Positions 13,501 to 31,529 of a DNA stretch of 64,000 nucleotides are shown here, piece after piece (position 1 is the stretch's first letter; every line of letters begins with the position of its first letter). The stretch lies in assembly GCF_009914755.1 (NCBI RefSeq), contig NC_060930.1; one strand, written 5' to 3'. The translations under genes and the position numbers were made by a program. The notes beneath the pieces are model-generated. The model did not search any database and was not told the DNA's origin. It saw only the letters and a program-made list of their open reading frames with translations. Origin of the DNA: the human T2T-CHM13v2.0 reference genome, Homo sapiens.

Positions 13501-16159
13501 CTCTACCAGGGCAGACTTTCTCCCCTTACCTAATTCTAATAGTTCATAATACTTACCTGCTTGGACAGTCCATGAGTAGCTGGATATCGTCAAGCCCCAG
13601 AATGTAAGACAAGATAATGTTTCCAAATCCCTAGCTCAGTTCATATCAATGGAGTCAAAGCAGAGGAGACACTAGATTTTTCCAGATCCTTTACTTTCCT
13701 CACAAATAAATCACCAAGATGTATCACCATAACTATCTAATATTTCTCAGACTCCTCTCCTTCTTCCCATCCTGCCACCTCACTTCACCTTCAGGCCTCA
13801 TTTTTGGCAGAATTGCAATAGCATCCTGGGTAGTTTCCCCACCTCCAAGTGAATTTCCCCCACCCCTCCCTCCAAGAGGCTGTGCAATCTCTTTAAAAAG
13901 CAAATCTATCACTCCCTGGGAGCCAAGCACAGCACCGTTAGAAATATTTGCTGAAACATTTATTGAACAGAATTGGTGATAATAGACACTGATTTGAAAA
14001 AAAACGGATCCTATTATCTTTGATCTACTTCAGTTCTCGTTTGTGAGGGACTATTTTGATTGGACTTCACCCACTACCTGTGGGTAGTTTTGTAAGAAAG
14101 CCCATTTATCTGGCAAATTAATTCATGTATAATACACATGAATCATATTTATAATAATAGCTTTCTAAGATAAGATTAAAAGGCACATCACAGAGGAAAT
14201 ACATGAACTCCTCAGCCTGGACTAAACCGATCACTGCCACCAAGTGGCAAATGTTATCATTGGAGCCCGGAAGCACAAGGACACAACAGTTTCTTCCATT
14301 CATTTGTTCTGTTCCAGCCTCCGATGCATAAGGAACGCTATGGAATGTATCCAAGACCCACATCAGAACAGCAAGGAGCTGAGGTTTAGAGGAGTAATTA
14401 ACAGGATTTTTATATCTAAGCAGGAAAAATGAAGTAAAAATACTTGTGAGCTTCACCATAGAAATTCGTTATTTTTTCCTTCTGCTTCTTTCCATTTCAA
14501 CTTTACAGACACAGTGTTGCCTTGTTTATTGACAGTCAAAGGGGTATGACATTTGGGAAGGTCATTTTCAAAGTAACTCAAGATGATGTCTTTAAGAACT
14601 AAAACATATTTTTAAAATTTAACCACATATAACGGGCATGTATAGATGCCTCCCTGACACAGGAGTTTGAACAAAATGATGTGCTGTCTGTCTTGGTGCA
14701 GCCTGAAAGGCCAGTAGCTGCCAAGAAGGATAACTTATTTGGTGCCAGAGTGTAAACTCACCACAGTCCAGGGGCAGGCCCATCCTTGCAGGCACAGAAA
14801 CTCTATTTTGTCTCTGCCTTGGGATTTTCTGTCCACAGGGATGCCGACTTAGCCTAATCAAGTCACACACAAAAACCAGAAAGCAATGTACATATTTGTT
14901 TCAGATAGCAAATATAGCACATCATATATTGACATTAGTTTGACTGCTGTTTTCTGTGCCTGTATCAGGCGTTGGGGTTAGGGATAGAAGTAAAGAGGAG
15001 GGGGAATCGGAGATGTCCATGTCAGAGAGAAGTAGAGAGCTGGGTTGCACAATTCATTCTGATGCCATTTCTGCTCTTGTTCTAGTTTATGTGGCTTAGC
15101 AATATGCCTCCTTTTTCTGGGTAATTAACATGAGTCTCTGTTCCTTACAAACCAGAGGATGAGCTTAAAAGATTGTTAAACACGTAATTATCTCTAATTA
15201 TGCCGAGTATAAACAAACGGCTCTTACGATGTTTCCATCTGTAAAACTGATATGCCGATTCTTGCTTAAGACTTAGAGGTCTTGTTTGAGAAACTCTACA
15301 TGACTCTGATTCTCATATCCTAATTCCTACTTTACATCAGACACTTCTTCTGACATTTAAAAAGACAGGCTGGAAACTGTCATTCTTGAAGAAATAGCTG
15401 TAGAATAGCCTCTCTAAGCTACTTGGGAATACCAGAATACCAGAACAGCAGTTCTTTACAAACTGCTAATATACACCTTATAAAATACTGACCGAACTAA
15501 TGGTCATAGCATCATAATGGTAACATCATTCATTTTCCCTTTTACACAGGTCCTGCCTATTATCTTTTGTGTCTTTGCTACTCTCTTGTTTGGACTTACT
15601 TAGGATTTTTAATTGTTTATAATAATATTGTGGTATATTCAAATTGTAATACTTGCTAAAAATGCAAGTTGTCAATTCCTTTTGAGACACAGCTAGTAAT
15701 TCAGGAAATTTCTGAAGCACAAAAAGTTCACCTATGACCTTTCCATGATTATGCAATTACAGCCTCAATATGTGCTAAATATGGGTTGTCAAGAAGCCAG
15801 GAAATCCAGGTAGCAGCAAAGATTGAAATGAGCTAAAATGTAGCTGCGACTTTTTTTTTTTTTTGACATGACATCTCTTACTCAAATAAGGGGGAAGATT
15901 TTTATAAGTTAATGATAATTGAAATAAAAATTGAGAGTCAGAACCAAACTAGTCAAGTTCATGGTTCATGCAGGCTGCATCAGCCAGACAGCAGAGAAGA
16001 AAGAGAAGGCCATACCCCGAAAGGGACTGGAGCCTGGAACGCCCCGCCCCCTGCACCCCCTACAAGTATGGCCAAAAAAACCACAAAAAACAAAAAACAA
16101 AAAAAACCCAGGACTTAAAGTAATTTAACTCTCAGTTAACTGTCAGTAATTGCTGAACA

Positions 16160-16434
16160 GCTGTGGTGGCTCATGCCTGTAATCCAAGCACTTTGGAAGG
16201 CCGAGGCAAGAGGATCACTTGAGGGCAGGTGTTCAAGACCAGCCTGGGCAACATAGCGAGACCTTGTCTCTACAATAATTTTAAAAATGAGCGAGTCATG
16301 GTGGTGAGCACCTGTATTCCCAGCTACTCAGGGGGCTGAGGTGGGAGTATCGCTTGAGCCCAGGAGTTCAAGGCTGCAGTGAACTATGATCATGCCACTG
16401 CACTCCAGCCTGGGCGACAGGGCGAGACTCAGTC
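16160..16434 (+). mobile_element. AluJ
   Basis: gagcccaggagttcaaggctgcagtga J-type right arm. Confidence 0.92.
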
Positions 16435-16858
16435 TTTAATGAAGTCTCACTTAGAAAAGTTCCTCCCACTTAAATGTAAGACCTCAAATTATAAAAATCC
16501 TAGAAGAAAACCTAGGAAATATTCTTTTCAATATCAGCCTCGCCAAAGAATTTATATAGCTAAGTCCTCAAAATCGATTACAACAAAAACAAAAATTGCG
16601 AAGTGGGACCTAATTAAAATAAAGAGCTTCCGCACAGCAAGAGAAACTATCAAAGGAGTAAACAGACAACCTACAGAATGGTAGAAAGTATTTGCAAACT
16701 ATGCATCCAACAAAGATCTAACATCCAGAATCTATAAGGAACTTAAATTAACAAGCAAAAAACAAATAACTCCATTAAAAAGTGAGCAAAGAACATGGAC
16801 ACCTCTCAAAAGAAGACATACATGTGGCCAACATAGGAAAAAACACTCACCATCACTA

Positions 16859-17219
<361 letters not shown>

Positions 17220-17385
17220 TCATACCAGTAAGAAATGTCTTTGTTAAAAAGCTATTTTGTTAGAAGACAAGAGATGCTGGTGAGGCTGCAGAGAAAGGGG
17301 GAAACTTACACACTGTTGGTGGGAATGTCAATTTGTCCAGCCACTGTGAAGAGCAGTTGGGAGATTTCTCAAAGAACTAAGAATT

Positions 17386-17466
17386 CGTGGCTCTGCCTAG
17401 GTAGTAGCCATTTTTTTATTTCTTTACTTCTCTAATAAACTTGCTTACACTTAAAAAAAAAAAGAG
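17386..17466 (+). mobile_element. Retroposed polyadenylated ERV1-LTR (MER41/MER4-group-like) 3' fragment
   Basis: gctctgcctaggtagtagccatt...AATAAActtgcttacactt + A11, flanked by TSD agaactaagaatt. Confidence 0.7.
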
Positions 17467-18751
17467 AGAACTAAGAATTGAACTACCGTTTGACAGAAAT
17501 CCCATTACTGGCTATTTACCCAAATAAAAACAAGTCATCCTACCAAAAGGACACATGCACCCATATGTTCATCACAGCACCATTCACAATGACAAAAACG
17601 TGGAATCAACCCAGTGCCCATCAACAGTGGAATGGATTTTTAAAAACCTATGGAATACTATACAGCCTTACAAAAGAACACCATGGAATACCATACAGCC
17701 ATGAAAAGAACAAAATAATGTCCTTTTGCAGCAACTTGGATGCAGCTGAAGGCCACTGTCCTAAGTGAACTAACATAGAAACAGAAAATCAAATTCTACC
17801 TATTTGCCTTTATAAATGGGAGCTAGACACATGAACATAAAGATGGGAACAATAGACACTGGAGAACACAAGAACAGGATGGGGAGAAGGGCAAGGCTGA
17901 AAAACTACCTATTGGGTTCTATGGGCTCACTAACCAAGTGACAGGTTCAGTCCTACCCCAAATATCAGCATCAGGCAATATACCTTTGTAACAAACCTGT
18001 ACATGTAACCCCCGATCCTAAAATAAAAGTTGAAAAGAAAAAAAAAAGAGTTCCTCCTTCCTTATCATCAACATCCTCACGATGGGTCAATATAGCCCTG
18101 TTTTTTTGTTGTTGTTGTTTGTTTTGTTTTGTTTTTACATATTTGACTTTTGCTCTAACTTCTGCATTTCAAAGAGAAAAAAATACCAGAGCATGTTTCT
18201 GAAGACTCCCTGCTTTCATCCTCAGATACCTCTGGGCTACTCTATTCTGAGGGAAGGAAACAGGTACATGCCTATGCTCACGAAACACACCCAAGCACCA
18301 CCACTGAGTAAGAGTTCAAACTTCTGTTTCCACCAAAGGGTATATGGGTTCCCCAGAGCTGTGCTGTCAACAACAGACGGCCCTCTTGCAGGGTGTAAGC
18401 CCCTCTCCTGAATGCCCCAGCATATCCTGCCCCTGGCAGGAGTTTCCAAAGAGAACTTCACAGGCACTGGGAGAAGGAAGACAAAGGCTCTGTTTGAGAC
18501 ACTGAGTCCATACTAAGATTATAACTAAAAGGCCATGACTGACAGCAAAATGCATTTAGGGATAAATTAACATGAAGTTGAATGTAAATTTAAGATCATA
18601 TTTGTAAGTTTCACCACCACTTTTGAAATTAAGAGTATAGGTAGGAAGATACTATTGGGATGATTTTTTACCCAGAAAAAGAAAAAGTTTGGAGAGAAAT
18701 TGTGTCAGAGATTGCATATGTATGTGTGTATGTATGTATGTATGTATGTGT

Positions 18752-18895
18752 ATTTATTTATTTGTTTGCTTGTTTAGAGAGACTGCAGCCTCACTATGTT
18801 GCCCAGGCTAGTCTCAAACTCCAGGCCTCAAGTGACTCTCTCACCTCAGCCCCCACAAAGTGCTGAGAATACAAGCATGAGCCACAACATCCGGC
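18752..18895 (-). mobile_element. FLAM monomer
   Basis: Single arm; tail decayed to (TATG)n. Confidence 0.85.
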
Positions 18896-18928
18896 CACAG
18901 ATTAATTAATCTAATAAAAAGTTTGTCA

Positions 18929-19276
<348 letters not shown>

Positions 19277-19449
19277 TTATATTAAGATAATATATAGATG
19301 ACATTATTGTCTGATTAAGTCATACCTTATTAATTAAGTCATTATCAAAAATTAAGACATTATTGTATGAGTAAGTCTTTATCAAAATTTAAGAAATAGA
19401 ATCCATTTGTATCTTATAGTCATTTATTGTCAGGTCACACTCCGCATAA

Positions 19450-19747
<298 letters not shown>

Positions 19748-20419
19748 TAGTTCTGATATGCATAAATTTCTGTTTCCCGTCCCCCAACGCAACATGGTGC
19801 AAATTGCATTTACTAAAATATATTAACAGTAATTACATAAAGTATAAATTTGACTCCTAGCTCTTCAGTCCCTAAATCACTATGCAAATAACATGCACAT
19901 CGTGATCAGTGACCAATTATGTCACTTCTTAGTCTGCTGTTGGTCACCGAACATCTGTTATTCAGTTCACACACAGACAGCGAAGTATATACAAAAACGA
20001 GTTAGTAGAAGAGGAAATAAAAATAAAATTTTTAAAAAGAGGGAATTATCTGGTAAAAAAAAATAAAAGTGCAGCAAATAAATGAAAAGTAATCAGGCTA
20101 GCAGTGCCTTTCCAATCAAATGTAAATGGAGTTATGGAAGAAGTAGCCAAGCATGGATATGTGGACACCACTGCTATTCCAGAGACTAGATGTACAGCCC
20201 AGGAACTTGGTGAACATGAACTTGGCCACATAAGTGGGGAATGAGTTGTGACACAAAGCATAAAGATGTTCCAGAGGGAGTGACATGGGCAGATAAAAAT
20301 AATCACATTAAAGAAACTCTCAGAAATATTTCTCATTCAAGCACAAAAGATAAAATGTTGGAAGTTGATTCAAATTTAGGAGTATGACAATTCTCCAAGA
20401 CATAGAAAAAAACACTGTC

Positions 20420-20738
<319 letters not shown>

Positions 20739-20996
20739 TTACAGAGAAATAAAACACTGTAATTCTCAGCGTTTCTAACATTTTAAGTTACCTGATACTA
20801 AATGAACATTTGTTTTACTATTTTTTATTTCCTGATACATTTATAGATAATAAGAGAGTTTTGACACAAAATTTTTAAAGGTCACAGAAGAATCTTAATT
20901 TTTCCCATTGATTAAGATTGCTTTGCACGGTTTCGGCTTGTATGGTCATTTTTGTGGCCCTGCACTACTGTGCAAAGTGAGGATTGTTTGTACTCT

Positions 20997-21105
20997 ATTT
21001 TATTATTTATTTTATTTTATTTTAATTTTTTTGAGATGAAGTCTCACTCTGCTGCCCAGGCTGGAGTGTCGTGGTACAGTCACAGCTCACTGGAGCCTTG
21101 ACCTC
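20997..21105 (-). mobile_element. Alu 3' fragment (J-like)
   Basis: Consensus match. Confidence 0.85.
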
Positions 21106-21742
21106 TTTCACATGCTGAAAATGAATGCCTCCTTTTTAGCAATCATCATCATTATTTCACAAGTAAAAACAACTATTTCAGTAAGCACCCCACAATGATT
21201 ATCTGCAATTTGAAGACTGATTTCTAAAACTGGGCACTGCCCAAGTAAGTACCTTTTCTCATAGCAAGCTGAATACAGCTGTAGTGTCGCTGCCATTTTC
21301 ATGCAGGTTTTCAGTCTTAAAATGAGGGATTTTAGGGATTCCACCCTGCCCCTAGTCTAGTCTTACATATTGTACTTGGCTGTTTCATACTTCAGCAGCG
21401 AATAGCTCGATGCCTTGCTCTCTCAGAGCCTGGTGTATCCACTTGGTCACTTCCCCTTCCTAGAATGCCTTCCCCACTCCCACTATCTGGTTGTCTAACT
21501 CAGAGACCTTTCATGTTTATCTTTATAACTTCAGGCTCTGCCACAGCACTGTCAAACAGTATATGTCCAGTAAATTGTTTTGAAGAAATGAATGAATGAA
21601 TCCTCAAGTCGCACCTCCAACCACACCTGCTCTGAGACTTTCCTGCCTCCGCTAAATGGACCGGGCATTTTCTCCTCTGCAACTTGTACGCCCCTATCTT
21701 TGTTCTGATTAATACTTGATCTTTCAAAAACAGGTACAATCT

Positions 21743-22069
<327 letters not shown>

Positions 22070-22466
22070 TTAAAAAAACATCCTCTCCTTGGTCCCCAGT
22101 CCCTCAGATAAAGTTCAAACTCCTTAATTGACATTCTTTGTTTATTCTTTCCTTCATTCAGTGATAATTTATTAACTGTGCATGTTATGAACAAGTTGAG
22201 GGCCCTTTTCTCAAAGATTAGCCACATGCATTAGCTGAGAGACACACAAACAGATCATTGTGGTGCAATGCAGGGAATGCAGTGACAGGGATGGAGACAG
22301 CATATTTCCACAGCAAAGCGGAGGGGCCTTATCATTATCCAGAGAGCAAGTGGAAAGGAAAAGTTTTCCCTGAGAAGGCCACCACCACTCATCCTAGTCT
22401 CACGGATGAATGAAAATTCATTCATCAAAGGAGAGTGAAATGGAAAGGAAGCAGGCATACTTTTTA

Positions 22467-23304
<838 letters not shown>

Positions 23305-23883
23305 TATATTTATATACTTACTATATAAAAATTTATATATATATATAAATTTTTATATAGTAAGTATATAAATACACTTAATAAATTGGGATATTAAATA
23401 TATCAGGAAATGATACCATAGCAGTACAGCGAGATCTTCATTCCTCCTTAAACTTCTTAAAACTTCATCATATGGATGCACTGTAGTTTGTTCAAACTGT
23501 CCCCTATTGGTGGACATTAATGATATTTCTAGTTCTATTATAATGCTATCATAAATAACACTGCCAATCGATGGCATTGAGCATATTTGTTGCATTTTAT
23601 GCTTTTGTCCTTTGCAGCTTTGGGATAAATTCCTAGAAATGCAATTGCCAGGTCAAAAGGTAAATGCAAGGATAATTACACTAAATATTGATAAATTATT
23701 CTCCATAGGAGCTGCATCATTTTGAATTCTCATTATTAATATCTGAGACTGCAAGACAATTTATAGGAAGATTTTTTAAAAAGAAAAGATGATGCAAAAA
23801 TTATGATTTCAGAACTATACTTGTTAGTGTTCTATACTCATATAGTGTACATGAGAAAGAAGAGAGTTAAAAGGTATAAGGCA

Positions 23884-24172
23884 CCAGGTGCGGCGGTTCA
23901 CGCTTATAATCCCAGCACTTTGGGAGGCCGAGGAGGGCAAATCAGTTGAGGTCAGGAGTTCGAGACCAGCCTGGCCAACATGGTGAAACCCCATCTCTAC
24001 TAAAAATACAAAAATTGGCTGGGCACGGTGGCAGGGGCCTGTAAACCAGTTACTCAGGAGGCTGAGGCAGGAGAATCGCTTGAACCCAGGAGGCGGAGGT
24101 TGCAGTGAATCAAGATCACACCACTGCACGCCAGCCAGGGTGACAGAGCAAAACTCTGTCTCAAAAAAAAAA
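23884..24172 (+). mobile_element. AluS
   Basis: Full dimer. Confidence 0.95.
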
Positions 24173-24763
24173 TTTTTAATTAAATTTTAAAAAGATATAA
24201 GGCACAGAGGAGTTCAGGGTTGTTGAGGTGGAATCATAAAATCCGAATATTTATTTGAATGGAACTAAGTGCAAAAAAATAAACAAGTTTCTCACTAACC
24301 TTTGTCATACAACAGAATGAAGCAAATACACAACTCCTGACAACTGTAAGGAAGTGAGAGCCTGACTGTCAAGCAGGGGGAGTGGAAGGAAATAAATAGT
24401 ACATTTCCCATTATTACTAAATCAAGGCTTCTTTGTTCCCCAACTCTATTTTTTCTTTTAAGTAAATCTCCCAACTATAAACTTTGTCTGTCTCAGCAGT
24501 TTTCAAGACCTTTACCCTCAGTTAGGGAGCCCTATCACACTGGCCCTGTTATGTTCGGGTTCCTCTCCCCACCCTGGAGTTTTATTTTTCCCCAGAAGGG
24601 AAGTAGTCAGGGTAGCAAGTAAAGAAAATCACTTTTAACGCTGAGCAATTTGAACCAGGCAATTGAACTCCTACATCTGATCCCCCCTGCCCAAACTTTT
24701 AAATCTGTCTTCTGGATTCTTTGGAGAAGCTGGTAAGGGAGGCAGACTGTGTTGTTTTATTTA

Positions 24764-25335
<572 letters not shown>

Positions 25336-25752
25336 ATGACTACTCTGCAAATAGGGCCACTTTTGCCCCATTGAGTCTTATGTGTGAGTCTTTGTGTTGT
25401 CTGAGCAAGGCGCATCATCCCAGAGTTGCAGTAAGAATTTGTCCTCAGGAGCACTGGCTCTTCTGTTCATTTAGGGTGCATCTCTCTCAGCTCATGGTTG
25501 TTAGTCCCGTATATTCCTAACAAACCCAGCAATGCCTTATAAAATATCTTCACAATGATTTGTCCAAGATTAAGTGGTAGCGTAGCAGGAGAGGGTTCCT
25601 CGTGGTATCTAGGAGCCCATCCTGCTCTGAGTGGAAGGCTGCAGTTTCCTAATTCTTGCCTCTGGCCTTAGGAGAGTATCTTTCCTTCTTGCTATATTCT
25701 AAGGAAAGATTACAACAAATCCTATTTCAATTCTGCTACCCTTGAAAAGGGT

Positions 25753-26254
<502 letters not shown>

Positions 26255-26705
26255 TCAGGGCTCTTCTGACCCAGTAGCAGTTTCTCCCACGACCAGGCCT
26301 GTGGTGAGTGGCAGCGGCAGTTGAAAGTCTGACCTCTGCATTTTTCAGCTGACCACCTATTGCTTGGCACTTTACTCTCAAGAATTGGTCCTTGGTTACC
26401 TGGATCTACCCGCAAAGCCTTAGTCATTGATAAGACTGGCTGCAGGCATTTAAAAAGTAAACATCTCTCCCCGTCGAATTTCTTATCTCTTCCTTCATTC
26501 ATTCCTGACCTGCGGTACCTCATGCACTGCTTACAAATCAGTCTCCCCAAATTTAATCTCTTTGAATCAGCTCTGATTTTCTAAATTCTAGCAAAAATGA
26601 CGCAATGAAGAACTTTATTATCTGAATTTGTGCCTCGTATCAGCTCCTATTCTGACTATTTTTGATGACTAATTCTGATTTCTAGTTAATAACCATCACC
26701 TGGCA

Positions 26706-27210
26706 TATCAGTTATCTATTGCTGTGTAACAAATCCTCTGAAATTTAACAGAGTGAAAAAGCAACAAACATTTATTTTCTCACCCCGTTTCTGTTAGTGA
26801 GAAACTGGGGAATGGCTTAGTTGAGTAACTAGGGACCTCATACAAGGTTCGGATGTCAAATGGGGCTGCAGTCAGCCAAAGACCTGACTGGATAGAGGAT
26901 CCCCTGCCACGCTGGCTCACTCTGATGGCTGGCAAGTCAGTGCTGGGTGTAGTGAGAAACCTCAGCTCCCCAGCACGTGGCCCTCTCTAGAGGACAGCTT
27001 GAGTATCCTTACAACATGGCGGCTGTGAGAGCAAGGCAGACACCTCAGCATCTTTTAAAACCTTCCTCGAAAGTCACAATATCCTGTCATTTCCACAATA
27101 TCCCTGTTGGTGTCACAGGTCATCTCTATTCGATGTGGGAGAATCTACAGAAGAAAATGAACACCAAGTGATGGGGATCACTGGGGGTCCCCCGAAGGCT
27201 GACCACCACT
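26706..27210 (-). mobile_element. MLT1F-like LTR
   Basis: tatcagttatctattgctgtgtaacaaat...aaggctgaccaccac. Confidence 0.75.
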
Positions 27211-28228
27211 CTCAGCAAATATTTTTCATTTGAAAGGGTACAAAGCCAAATATCCCCAAATCTGAAGCTTGATAGTTTGTAAACTACTCCAATGCACTGA
27301 ATAAAGGGCAGGAAGTAAACTTTTACATTTCCTATGCAGAAGAAGATGGATTTCACTTTTTTTTTTTTTTTTGGCAAGAAATCTGACAGTTTGGGGGCTG
27401 ATGGTGTTTTTTGTTTTTGTTGTTTTTGTTTTTGTTTTGTTTTGTTTTTTAAACAGGCAGCCTCCTCAGCTCAGATTAGGCTCTGAGAGACTCCGTAGCA
27501 TCTTTTTTGAGATTCCAAAAATGAAATTACATTTCATAACTAAAGAGTGAAGAACAACAGCGTGGATAGAAACAATGGGGGGCTGTGGCAGAAAGTTGTT
27601 ATTCAAAGGCTCTGAAGTTTTCCTCTTGAGAGTCCTTGGGTTTTATTAATTGTCACAGAATAATAAGCTCCATTCAATGAAGAGTTTTCTTGCCCTTCTA
27701 CTTCTGACACTAACTGTCATCATAGAATAATGCTAAACTACCTTTTGTTTTGTTTTGTTTCACTTTGCCTTCTGGAATGCCCAAAATGACAGCACCCACA
27801 GAGTTTCTGGAATTTCCTTATGATCTTCTAACGAGGTAGAGAGCCATAAGTCTAATTATAAAACAATGTTAGCCTTGTTACTGCTAGGTTAGCAACCAGA
27901 AACCTGGCAAAGTTCAACAGAGCAGTAGTTTAAAAATATTTATATAAACCTTTGTTTAGTTGCCAAACCCCTGAAGAACAAGTGGATTTTTCCACAAGGT
28001 GCATCGACACCATCTAGTAATATTTTCTAAGCCCTCTGTTCCTCATGAATAATCAAATTCAAGATGAATTTATGAGAGAATCTACCAGTAGCATGTGCCA
28101 GACATTTTCCCAGGTTTCTGGGAGGTATCAAGAAAGCAAAGATCTTGCCCTCAAGGAATCAGCAGGTCTCTGCTCAGCGTGGAAAACCTTTTAGGCTGAG
28201 CAGTGAGTTGTTATATGCATGCCCCTTA

Positions 28229-28563
<335 letters not shown>

Positions 28564-29310
28564 TACATAAAAGACATAAAATCCTGTGGAACAGGGACTC
28601 GATCAGAAGGTCTCTTCCTCACTCTTTCCCTTTTTCCTCCCCTCTCCCCAACCTGGCATTACCTTCCTGGGAGCAGGAATGTTTGTCCTTTCCAATCTTG
28701 TCTGTTCAGAGAATAGTTCTAAGTTTTCTCCGAATCCAATCAGCATGCACTGTGAGTCTGCTGAGGCTTCACTCTCAGGTCTTAGACCCTTCATTTTGCC
28801 AGTGTTCCAGTTTTGTGGTATAACAGCAACCTGGAGCAAATCTCAGCCCCTGGTGATTTGCACAGCAGGGTCCTACACTGCAGCACAGCCTGGAGAGCCA
28901 GGAGCCACTGTCCTGGTGTCAGGAGAGCCACCACCTTTCTGGGAAAGAAGAGCAGCAGAAGCAATGGTTCCTTCTAAATGGGCTCTGCTTCCTACATCCT
29001 AGGGCCTTTCTTCTTTTGCTGAGGAAGAAAAGAACATCATCCTACCCCATCCAAACTAAGGACCCACTTGATCGTTTTTATCCTATTTAGATGAGGCAAC
29101 TCCCCAGTGTCTCCTCCCCGTCCCTCAACTCACTCATAATTCTTTGGAAAGAACAAGACACAATACATAAGCTGCTAGATTTATGAAGCAGATCACTTAG
29201 TCTATTCCCTCTTGAATGAAATGTCCAAATTTCCTGAAGGCATCTTTCTACACTACGGACTGACAGTCCTAAAACCTTCCATGTAAAAGCGATTTAAAAG
29301 CACTATGAAT

Positions 29311-29581
29311 CCAGGTGTGGTGGCTCACACCTGTATTCCCAACACTAGTTCAAGACCAGCCTGGGCAACATAATGAGACCCCGTCTCTACAAAAATAATA
29401 AAATAAAATAGCCAGGTGTGGTGGTGCATGCCTATAGTTCCAGCTGCTCTGAAAGCTGAGGTGAGAGGATTGCTTGAGCCCAGGAGTTTGTGGTTACAGT
29501 GAGCTATGATTGTACCACTGCATTTTAGCCTGGGCAACAGAGCAGGTCACTGTCTCAAAAAAAAAAAACAAAAAAAAAAAA
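29311..29581 (+). mobile_element. AluJ with left-arm deletion
   Basis: Consensus match. Confidence 0.9.
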
Positions 29582-29827
29582 CCCACAAACCCCCCCCCCC
29601 CAAAAAACAGCATTATGGATTACATAAATACAAAGATCCACAATTTCCTGGGTCTCCGTATTTCTATTTCTCCCTCCTGTGTCCCTCTTCCCTAGCACAG
29701 AGCACACATTTTCTCCACTACCCTTCATCTGTCCATCCCTGGGATCAAAATGACAGTGGACAGCCCACAAGTCCAAAGGCAAGCTTCCGCTGTAGAGCTC
29801 TTCTCTTGTAAAATGGAATTAAGTGCA

Positions 29828-30139
<312 letters not shown>

Positions 30140-30248
30140 TTATCAAAACTTAACATTCCAAAGGAAAAAAGAAAAAGTCTCCAAATAAATAGGGCAATTA
30201 TCAAAACATGAAGGGTAAATTACTTCATTCTAGTTGAAAAAGAATTAT

Positions 30249-30637
30249 TGGCCGGGCATGGTGGCTCTCACACCTGTAACCCTAGCACTTTGGGAGGCTG
30301 AGGCAGGAGAATCCCTTGAGCCTAGGAGTTCAAGACCAGCCCGGTCCACTGTAATTTTGGCTCACACCAGTAATCCCAGCACCTTGGGAGGATCATTTGA
30401 GCTCAGGAGTTTGAGACCATCCTGGGCCCCTTAGCAAGACCCTGTCTCTACTAAAATTCTAAAAATTAGCTGTATATGGTGGTGCATGCCTACATTCCTA
30501 GCTACTCAGGAGGCTGAGGCAGGAGGATTGCTTGAGCCCAGAAGTTTGAGGCTGCAGTGAGCCGTGATTGCACCACTGCACTCCAGCCTGGGCAACAGAG
30601 CAAGACCCTGTCTCTAAAAAACAAACAAACAAACAAA
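30249..30637 (+). mobile_element. AluJ preceded by an extra left arm (three-arm composite)
   Basis: Two successive left-arm segments, then a right arm. Confidence 0.85.
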
Positions 30638-31051
30638 CCCAAAGATCATGACTCCTAATGCGGATCCCCTCCCTTCTATTGCTGCGTTCACCCTGGGTTC
30701 CAGGGACCTCTTCCTCCCCTAACCCGTTCACTCCTCCTTGCTGGTGCTGGGATGCTTCACCAGTCCCTTGTGGAAGCTCCAAATCTATCTACACTTTTGT
30801 AAATAACCCCTTCACAACACTCAATGATGACCCTGTTTGAGGGTATCATCTGTTTCCTGCAGGGACCATGACCATACTTTGCATGACTGATTTTTTTAGC
30901 CTGCACATCAATGCATCTAGCATTTCACTCTTTTCCAAATGAAAAGGAAACTACAAAAGAAAATAATAAGCTAACCGCAGAGTGCACAATTTTACATAAC
31001 TAATAAAATGTATTAGGCATTTTGCTGCAAAGAAAATGAAATAAAGATGTT

Positions 31052-31057
31052 TTATTA
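31052..31057 (-). terminator. CNKSR3: Candidate distal polyadenylation signal (long 3'UTR end ~31030)
   Basis: Minus strand reads TGTAcatAATAAA, with UGUA just upstream and a CA ~25 nt downstream, in a unique AT-rich block; agrees with my recollection of a ~19 kb annotated CNKSR3 3'UTR. Confidence 0.6.
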
Positions 31058-31529
31058 TGTACATTAGTTAATGAGGCACAGGAAAGGAATGTTAAGAAAA
31101 GCAGGAATGTTTATCTAGTTCATGGTCCATGATAACCACAGATTGCTGCATTTGTAGCCACATGAGTCATTCAAAAGTGATATGAACATGCATACATAAC
31201 AATTCTTCTGCTTTTAATGAAACATAAGAAACTGTCAAGCTTTGGAAATTAGAAACAAACATATTCAATGCTTTTTGAAAAATCAGGCCTTATTTAAAAA
31301 GAAAAATGTTCTATCATCAAATGTATTATGCATTTATTTTTTATCATTTGAAATAATAGCTTATAAATAACATTGGTCCAGAACTAATAAATGAATTTTT
31401 ACAAGAGCTCTCTCTCCCTTAAATAGGTTTAAATTTGCTTTTCAAAATAAACAGCAAATTTCCTGGATGTAAGGAAGAGAAAGGAGTTTCCAGAATTAAA
31501 ATCCAATTGCTTTTCTGTTCTATTTTCTT

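Noticed and set aside
11500-15500. Repeat-poor blocks with AP-1, FOX and C/EBP-like motifs and short ORFs
   Set aside because: Could be enhancers, but motif density is unremarkable and there is no splice-consistent ORF; needs conservation or chromatin data
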